This document shows positions 57,609 through 64,000 of a stretch of 64,000 nucleotides of DNA, piece after piece (the stretch's first letter is position 1; the number at the start of each line of letters is the position of its first letter). This DNA is from Hyaloraphidium curvatum SAG 235-1 (lineage: Eukaryota > Fungi > Monoblepharomycota), in NCBI GenBank assembly GCA_025558095.1, contig JAIVFI010000009.1:682001-746000 (forward strand), given 5' to 3'. A model generated the notes under the pieces. It was not told the DNA's origin, ran no database searches, and was given only the letters and a program-made list of their open reading frames with translations. A program made the position numbers and the translations under genes.

Positions 57609-60095
57609 ATGGCGCCCCGCAGGCCGGCCCGCAACGACGACCTGATCCGGGCCGCGCGGGCGCGCGAGCTCGACTCGCAGCGCCGGCGGCGGGCCGACCA
57701 GTTCGCGTGGAAGGACGCGGCCCGCCGGCTGGAGGAATTCCGCGAGCAGATCACGGGCGTCGACCAGCTGGCCCGCGTCGGGCTGCGGCCGGCGCAGCTG
57801 CGCGAGCTCACGAACGTGCTGCTCGGCCTGGCCGACGTCGGCGTGCCCGGGCCGACCGCCGAGGAGCTGCGCAGGGCCGCCGCCCGGAAGCAGCCCGAGG
57901 AGTACACGCCGCTGCACCGCTCGGGCCCGTACGCGATCCTGCTGGTCCTGGCGGACGGGGCCACCCTCACCAAGGAGGAGATCATCGCAAGGGCGCAGCC
58001 GCTGTGCTCCAGCTCCTTCCAGGCCACGCGGAACGACCGGTGGCGGTCCGCCTGGGACGGCAACCAGACCCTCGCCGAGCACGGGTACATCAAGATCACG
58101 AAGCAGGGGCCGGGCGTCGCTTACGAGTACCGGATCACGGACGCAGGGAGGGCCGCGGTGGCCCGGATCCGGCGGCGGGACCAGCGCGTCCCAGGAGCGC
58201 CGCCAACCCCCGACAGGTCCCCTCCGCCGATGCCGAAGTCAAAGGGCGCTGCAAAAGCCAAGAGGGCTGCTGAGGACTCCGGGACGCGTTCGCCGACGCC
58301 GCAGAAGCGCGCTAAGCAGGAGCATTCGGCTCCAGAGTACGTCGCTGCCGACCGGGACGCGGTGCGGGACTCCTGGGCCCGCAGGACGGATTTGCAATCC
58401 GCTGCTGGCCCGTCGCACCGTGATCATCCCGTGGTCCGGGACGACGACGTTTCCGACGATCCGGCCGGCCTGGAGCCGTGCCCAAACTGCGGTGCGAGTT
58501 TCCGCAGCGCCGTCGAAGCCGTCTACCACATCGACAGCTGCCCCGGCCGCGCTGGGCCCTCGGAGTTTCCCGTGCGCGTCATTGCTCCTGCTGCGGACCG
58601 GGCTCCGCGGCCGATGGAGAGCGACCTGTTCTGCCCCATCTGCGGCGCGACCTTTGCCCACGAGGAGGCCCTCTTTGCCCATGCCGAGGGGTGCGCGGCC
58701 GAGGACGGAGTGGTCGGCCGGTGCCACAGGTGCAGCCGGCCCTTCCGCGATCAGGCGGCGCTGCTGAGGCACTCCAGGGACTGCAGGTCCGCTGAAAGCG
58801 GCGGGCCGCAAGCGGCACCAACCCGGGCCGGCGCTGCCGCTGCAAGGCCCGCAGCGCAGCCCCTGACCATCTCGGTGCTCGTCGACAAGAAGGAGCGGAC
58901 CACTAACGACGTCTACCTCCGGATCTACCACAACGTGGAGCAGAGGCTGCGGGAGGCCGAGCCCCAGCTCCCGCCCGCGACCTTCTTCGCCGCCGAGAAC
59001 CTCAAGGCGCACATCGGGGACTATCTTTTCCTGCGGAACGACCTGCCCGGCAGCGAGAGGCCCGACGACGAGGTCTTCCAGCAGCAGTCGTTCGTGCTCC
59101 CGCTCGCGATCGAGCGCAAGACGCAGTCGGACCTCGTCGGGCGGAGCCACCCGCGGCACCACATCACGCAGCTGGAGAAGCTCAACCGCCCCGACATCAG
59201 GCACATCCTGCCCCGCCATTTCTGGCTCATCGAGGGGCTGAACCTCAAGGGCCTGAACAGGCACACGGCGTACCACAACGGCGACCGCGACCGACCGGTC
59301 GAGCTCCGCCGCGGGGAAAAGCTCGACTCGGCCGACGAGTGGTTCGCCCTCGTCTGCGAGCTTCTCCTCCGCCCCGACGTCCACACCAAGGTCGTCAACG
59401 TGCAGGACGAGATCTGGACCGCGGCCCTCTGCACGCAGGCCGCCAAGTACTTTGCCGAGGTGTGCCGGGACCCGGCGCGGAAGCCGGCGGACGTGGCCTT
59501 CAAAGAGCTGGCCAAAGCGTGCAACAAGAAGAAGGACCTGCCGGCGGCGCCGGACCTGTCCGGGGTGGGCAGGCTTTCTTGCGACACGCTGGTTCACGAC
59601 CTGGCCGGGGCCTTCACGATCTCGAGGCCGCGTGTGGGCGCGGCGAGGCCGACCGTGTACGCATCCAAGCGGGACCTGCCGGGCTCCGCGCTGCGCTTCC
59701 GCGTCCCGAGGTTCACGGCGCTCGAGTTCCTTTCCGCGGTCCTGGACCAGGCTGGAACCGACCGCATCGCCACCTTTGCCGCCCTCTCGGCCGCATGCAC
59801 CGCCGTCCTCGCGGCCGCCATCCCCGACGCCCCCGTGGCGGGGGAGCGCCGGATCCTCCTCCTTGAAGGCGCCGCCGACGCGGTGCGGCGGCTGCCCAAC
59901 ACCCAGCCCCTGGATCCCGGGTCGCCCGTCGCCGCGACCCCGCTGGACCTGCTCCTCGCGTGCGTGCTCCTGGTCACGGAGGCCGAGGGGTGGCACGTGC
60001 AGATGACCTCGGGGGGGCCGATGGCGGAGATGTTCCTGCAGACGCTGGCGTGGTTCCTGCGGCCTCCGACGACGGAGGTGGTGGTTATTGACTGA
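57609..60095 (+). CDS. MUS81-like structure-specific endonuclease: winged helix, three C2HC Zn fingers, ERCC4 domain and a second degenerate ERCC4-like domain
   Basis: Winged helix YTPLHRSGPYAILLVL...SAW...TL...GYI. Nuclease motifs VLVDKKER, IGDYLF, IERKTQSDL, QLEKL and LIEG. Confidence 0.8.
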   Translation: MAPRRPARNDDLIRAARARELDSQRRRRADQFAWKDAARRLEEFREQITGVDQLARVGLRPAQLRELTNVLLGLADVGVPGPTAEELRRAAARKQPEEYTPLHRSGPYAILLVLADGATLTKEEIIARAQPLCSSSFQATRNDRWRSAWDGNQTLAEHGYIKITKQGPGVAYEYRITDAGRAAVARIRRRDQRVPGAPPTPDRSPPPMPKSKGAAKAKRAAEDSGTRSPTPQKRAKQEHSAPEYVAADRDAVRDSWARRTDLQSAAGPSHRDHPVVRDDDVSDDPAGLEPCPNCGASFRSAVEAVYHIDSCPGRAGPSEFPVRVIAPAADRAPRPMESDLFCPICGATFAHEEALFAHAEGCAAEDGVVGRCHRCSRPFRDQAALLRHSRDCRSAESGGPQAAPTRAGAAAARPAAQPLTISVLVDKKERTTNDVYLRIYHNVEQRLREAEPQLPPATFFAAENLKAHIGDYLFLRNDLPGSERPDDEVFQQQSFVLPLAIERKTQSDLVGRSHPRHHITQLEKLNRPDIRHILPRHFWLIEGLNLKGLNRHTAYHNGDRDRPVELRRGEKLDSADEWFALVCELLLRPDVHTKVVNVQDEIWTAALCTQAAKYFAEVCRDPARKPADVAFKELAKACNKKKDLPAAPDLSGVGRLSCDTLVHDLAGAFTISRPRVGAARPTVYASKRDLPGSALRFRVPRFTALEFLSAVLDQAGTDRIATFAALSAACTAVLAAAIPDAPVAGERRILLLEGAADAVRRLPNTQPLDPGSPVAATPLDLLLACVLLVTEAEGWHVQMTSGGPMAEMFLQTLAWFLRPPTTEVVVID

Positions 60096-60189
60096 CGACC
60101 GAATGGCTTTCATGGGGCGGTTGGAGGGCGGAGATGATTCCGGATTTTGGATAGCCGGATCACGTGGGACGAGTCGCAGCAACGAACGA

Positions 60190-60496
60190 GATGGCAAATA
60201 TTTGGCGATGGGACTTCGGGGTCCAGGTTGAGAGGCACAGCACCCTGCACAGCGGCGAGGCCAACCGCGTGCAGGTGACCGACAAAACCAACCGCAAGAC
60301 CTACGTCGACGGGGTGCTCCCCGGGACTGACGCTGCCGCGGGCTACAACCTCTCAAATGGCCCGCAGTACATTGGCTGCACCGTCGATCTCGAGACGCTG
60401 GATGGGGAGCTCTACGCGATCGCGTTCTACGGCGAGGCGCTCAGGCGGATGGACGACGTGCCCAAGGCACAGGAGGCGCTGGTCATGGTGGGGTGA
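60190..60496 (+). pseudogene. Isolated LamG/concanavalin-like C-terminal fragment
   Basis: RKTYVDGV...QYIGC...LDGELYAIAFYGEAL, with no signal peptide or N-terminal half. Confidence 0.45.
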
Positions 60497-60719
60497 GCGG
60501 GTCGAACCCCGGCGAGTGATGGTCTGGCACTCGTGTGTGTATTACCCGGGCTGCGTTCCTCGGCGGAAATTTAGGACCGGGAGTGGAGATTTTCGGTGGA
60601 CTACGGGACAAGGTGAAGACTTGAATTTGGACGGAGCGAGGAAGCCTCCTCAGGACGTCGACTACACAATCGATCAATCTGCCGCGCACCTCGCGCAGCG
60701 TCGTCGCAAAGTATCACTT

Positions 60720-62257
60720 CTACTTCCTGCTGACGTAGTTTTCCATCCAGTTCAGCGGCCCTCCCTCCTCGAGTGCCCCCGGGACGGGGTACTCGACCAT
60801 GGCACCACCTTCTCCGTTCACAACGAAGCACTTGCCGCGAACCGACTCGTCCTGCAGGCACCGGATGTACGCATCCACGAGCTTGTCCATCGGCGTCCTG
60901 CGGGCGGATGCGGTGTGGGTTTGGCTGAGACACCCGGGAATGACGGGGGGGCGTTGCCTACCATCTGCCGTTGGCTTCGAACAGGGCCTTGCCGAACGGA
61001 TTCCGTTCCTCGAAGTCCTTCTGATCCTGGTAGTGCTTCTGCATCGGGAGCAGCAGGGGAAAGGGCGTGTTCAGAAATAGCAATTCCGACAGGGATACGC
61101 ACATCCGCATGTCGGCTCTTCTTCCAAATGTTCGTCCACTGGTAGATAATTAACGGCATCCGGAAGCCCAAGCGGCTCTTGCGGTAAGCTTACCACCATG
61201 CCCGGCATCACGGAGTTGCAGCGGATGGAGGCCCGTTCGAGACCCTTGGCCTTTGCCCTCCCTTCGAGGAGGACCTGCAAGTTTTTCACTGCCCGAGGGC
61301 GCGACCTGTGAGAACGGCGGTGGGCCGTCGAAGGCAGGAGCAGCTCCCCACCAAACTGGTCTGAACCGGGCCCGAACACGAGGGGGACGAGAATCATATA
61401 TCCCAGCGGCCGCGGCCCGACAATGCGCACAACCCACTCTCCGCGGCCTTTGTGACGGAGTAGCTCATGCATGGCTGCCCCAGCGAGGGAAAGAACCCGG
61501 CGATGCTGGAGGTGATCACGATGGCGCCCGTCTTGTCCTCCTTGGTCCAGTAGGTCAAAGCCGTCCTCGCGAGGACCATGGTGCCGATGAGGTTGCCCTG
61601 GATGCCGCGGATCCATTCGTCGTCTCTGCCCGAGACGTGGAGTCAGCCGTTCGGTGGGTGCTCTGGGTTGCGTTCCCGCAAGGAGGTGATGCCCACGATC
61701 CTTCCTCCACCTCCTCGAAGAACGGCTTCACGCTGAAACCGGCGTTCGCGACCACGGCGTCGCAGGTCCCAAAGGCCTGGACCGCCGCCCTGAAGAGTGC
61801 GCGGTTGTCGTCGACGGAGCAGATGTCGGTTCTTTGGAACGCAATGCTCGATGCGGCGGCGGGCCTGCCGGCCTTGAGCTCTGAAATGACTGCATCGTTG
61901 GAGCAAACAAATGGAGGCCGCACAGGCACATGGGAGGTTTCAGCCCCCTTCCGTTGGTGAATCGCGCGCCGCGGCCTGGGACACCTTTCTCCGCGAGCTC
62001 CACGTTCCGGTTGCCAACCATGACTTTCGCGCCCATGTCGAGGAGCCGCTCGACGATGGCACGACCAATGCCTGGGGAATACAGTGCGGTCAGGCCCGCG
62101 CAGGCCGTGGCCTAGAAGGTGCCGGGACCGCGGGCGGTTGCCGACGGACGCAGTAGTGCGCTCCGACGGGGACGCCGCGGGGTCGTCGAAACTCGCCTTC
62201 GGTCCCTCCCGTGACGATGACGACCTTGTCCTTCATTCCGTTAGGCTGTGCAGACAT
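60720..62257 (-). CDS. Short-chain dehydrogenase/reductase, copy 2, multi-intron
   Basis: KVVIVTGGTEGIG, VVANAG, NLIGT, SSIAG, YSVTK and IRCNSVMPG. Confidence 0.85.
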
Positions 62258-62698
62258 CGGATTCCTGCCAATATGTCGAACGTGAGTCAGGCGGGAGTCA
62301 GTCAGGTGAGGGAGGACCTTGGGATGAGACGATTCACTGGACCCCACCGCATTCTTGCTGACTATCAAGTGTGAGGCCAAGCTCCTGATCTAGACGGTCA
62401 TTGTAGTCGTGTGATACTCCCTCTCACTTACTCTGCGGCCGACCCGCTCGGCGCTGAGCTGCAACAGATCCCCATACGGAGACATTCCGCGGACGAATGA
62501 TCATCAATTGGGCATTCACTTGAATCCTTGAGATCCACTCCACTTCGACTGATGCGGGTGTTCGATGTCGGCATCGTGGAACCTCCGCTTGCCTTCCGAT
62601 CAACAAGCAACGCGGCGCCGCGATCTTGCCGCCCTCTGCGCGGTGGTCTCTCCGACTAGCGGCCCCCTTTATATTTCCTTTGCTTCTCCTGTTCCGCG

Positions 62699-63464
62699 AT
62701 GCCCAACGCCATCCCCTCCGCGGCCGCGAAAACGGCGCACGAGGCCGCGCACGAGGGCGACCTCCCCGCGCTCCGGTCCCTCGTCGCCTCGGACCCCGCT
62801 GTCGTCGCGTCCAAGGACGGCGACGGCCGCGTGCCGCTGCACTGGGCCGTGTCGGGACGGCATGCTGACGCGGCGGCGTTCCTCCTGGGTGCGGACAAGG
62901 AGGGCAAGACGGCGGACGCGCCGGACGAGAGCGGGTGGACGCCGCTGATGATCGCGTGTTCGGTGGGGGAGGAGGACATCGTGAAGAAGCTGCTGGAGGC
63001 CGACGTGGACCCGACGAAGAAGACGGATATGGGGACGACCGCGTTGGTGGGTTCTCTTGCACGTTCCCGTTCGACGAGGATCGTCTAACGCGTTCCCGAC
63101 GCGTTCCCAGCACTACGCGGCATCGAAGAACCGCCTCGAAGCGGCCGCCGCCCTCCTCGCCGCCCCGAAAAAGGCCAACGTGAACGCCCGGGACAACCTG
63201 AAGCAGACGCCGCTGCACCGCGCCGCGGGCCGCGGCAACGAGAAGATGATCCTCCTGCTCGCCGAGAACGGGGCCGACCTGGACGCCGAGGACGGCGAGG
63301 GGCGGACGCCGCTCCATCTGGCGTGCGACGAGGGCCACGGGGGGGCGGCCAAGGCGCTGCTCGAGGCGGGGGCGGACAGGGACATTGAGGACAAGGAGGG
63401 CAAGAAGCCCTTCGACCTGGCGGAAAAGAACGTTCGGGGGTACCTGGAGAAGGTCATTGTTTGA
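62699..63464 (+). CDS. NAS6: Ankyrin-repeat protein, Nas6/gankyrin (PSMD10)-like
   Basis: DGDGRVPLHWAVS, DESGWTPLMIACSVG, TTAL|HYAASKN and QTPLHRAA. Intron at about 63047-63110. Confidence 0.7.
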
Positions 63465-63718
63465 TCCGGATGCGGATGTGGGGCCGACCCCGATGAAGCG
63501 AGTGGGCAGAGACGGCCTCCCCGGCCGAATCACTTGGAGGTAGCTAGCTTAGCATGCCTACCTTTGTCCATTCTCTGTACAGATCGATGGATACAATCGA
63601 GCCTGCGAAGCGACCTGTGCCTCTATAGGAGCGTGGCCGCCCGCACGCGCTCTAATCTCCCTCCTTTTCCCGAGCCCTCATCTCCGCAGCCGAGTGGGTC
63701 TCGGCGCGCCTCCGTCCC

Positions 63719-64000
63719 ATGGCGTCGCCGGCCGGGCTCTCTTCCACGCCGCCGGTCGTCGGCTCGCCCTCCTACGCGACGTCGCCGCCCTCCGCGTCCC
63801 TCCTCCCGGGCGCCTCGGTCCGCCAGCGGCGCATCGCGTGGTGCCCGCAGGGCGCGCTGTTCCCCGGCGCCGCAAAGGACGACAATGCGGACGACGGCGG
63901 GGAGCGGCCGCGGGGGGGCAGGGCCGCGCCGTACTTCGTCCTCGGGCTGCCGGAGTTGAAGCTGTACGAGTACCTCGGCAACGTGGGTCGATCGCGGTCC
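63719..64000 (+). CDS. First exon of a probable WD40 protein (possibly MIOS/Sea4-like), runs off the window
   Basis: RRIAWCP...FVLGLPELKLYEY followed by a gtgggt donor. Family assignment is tentative. Confidence 0.35.
   Translation, partial: MASPAGLSSTPPVVGSPSYATSPPSASLLPGASVRQRRIAWCPQGALFPGAAKDDNADDGGERPRGGRAAPYFVLGLPELKLYEYLGNVGRSRS

Noticed and set aside
58239-60356. Long antisense ORFs, here and opposite most genes
   Set aside because: Shadows of GC3-biased sense genes with no protein-like motifs.

Overview
High-GC, gene-dense eukaryotic DNA with short (about 50-120 nt) spliceosomal introns. The gene content looks fungal. An early-diverging fungus such as a monoblepharid or chytrid is my inference, not something the sequence proves. 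There are about 30 genes or gene relics: questin oxidase-like, enoyl-CoA hydratase, thioesterase, mitochondrial carrier, two FUSC/ArAE transporters, MFS, NHX-type antiporter, ENA-type P-type ATPase, LCAT-like hydrolase, two SDRs, three F-box-like genes, Nas6-like ankyrin and several secreted Cys-rich proteins. Main points: (1) Three seemingly intergenic 1.7-1.9 kb blocks (6.5-8.4 kb minus, 11.4-13.07 kb plus, 26.1-28.0 kb plus) are diverged, colinear copies of one element. They keep vestiges of a TnpB/Fanzor-like RuvC + Zn-finger ORF, share conserved hairpins, and each lies just upstream of, and co-oriented with, a host gene. (2) A roughly 1,880-aa IQ-MATH-TPR-ZnF-RelE-like-UvrD helicase is a candidate innate-immunity effector. 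(3) Three paralogues of an unannotated multi-TM family have a gustatory-receptor/7TMIC-like C-terminus and a CPCPxxxCAGG loop. (4) A MUS81-like nuclease appears fused to an EME1-like second ERCC4 domain. (5) A bacterial-type solute-binding protein gene carries spliceosomal introns. All calls come from reading motifs by eye; no searches were run.
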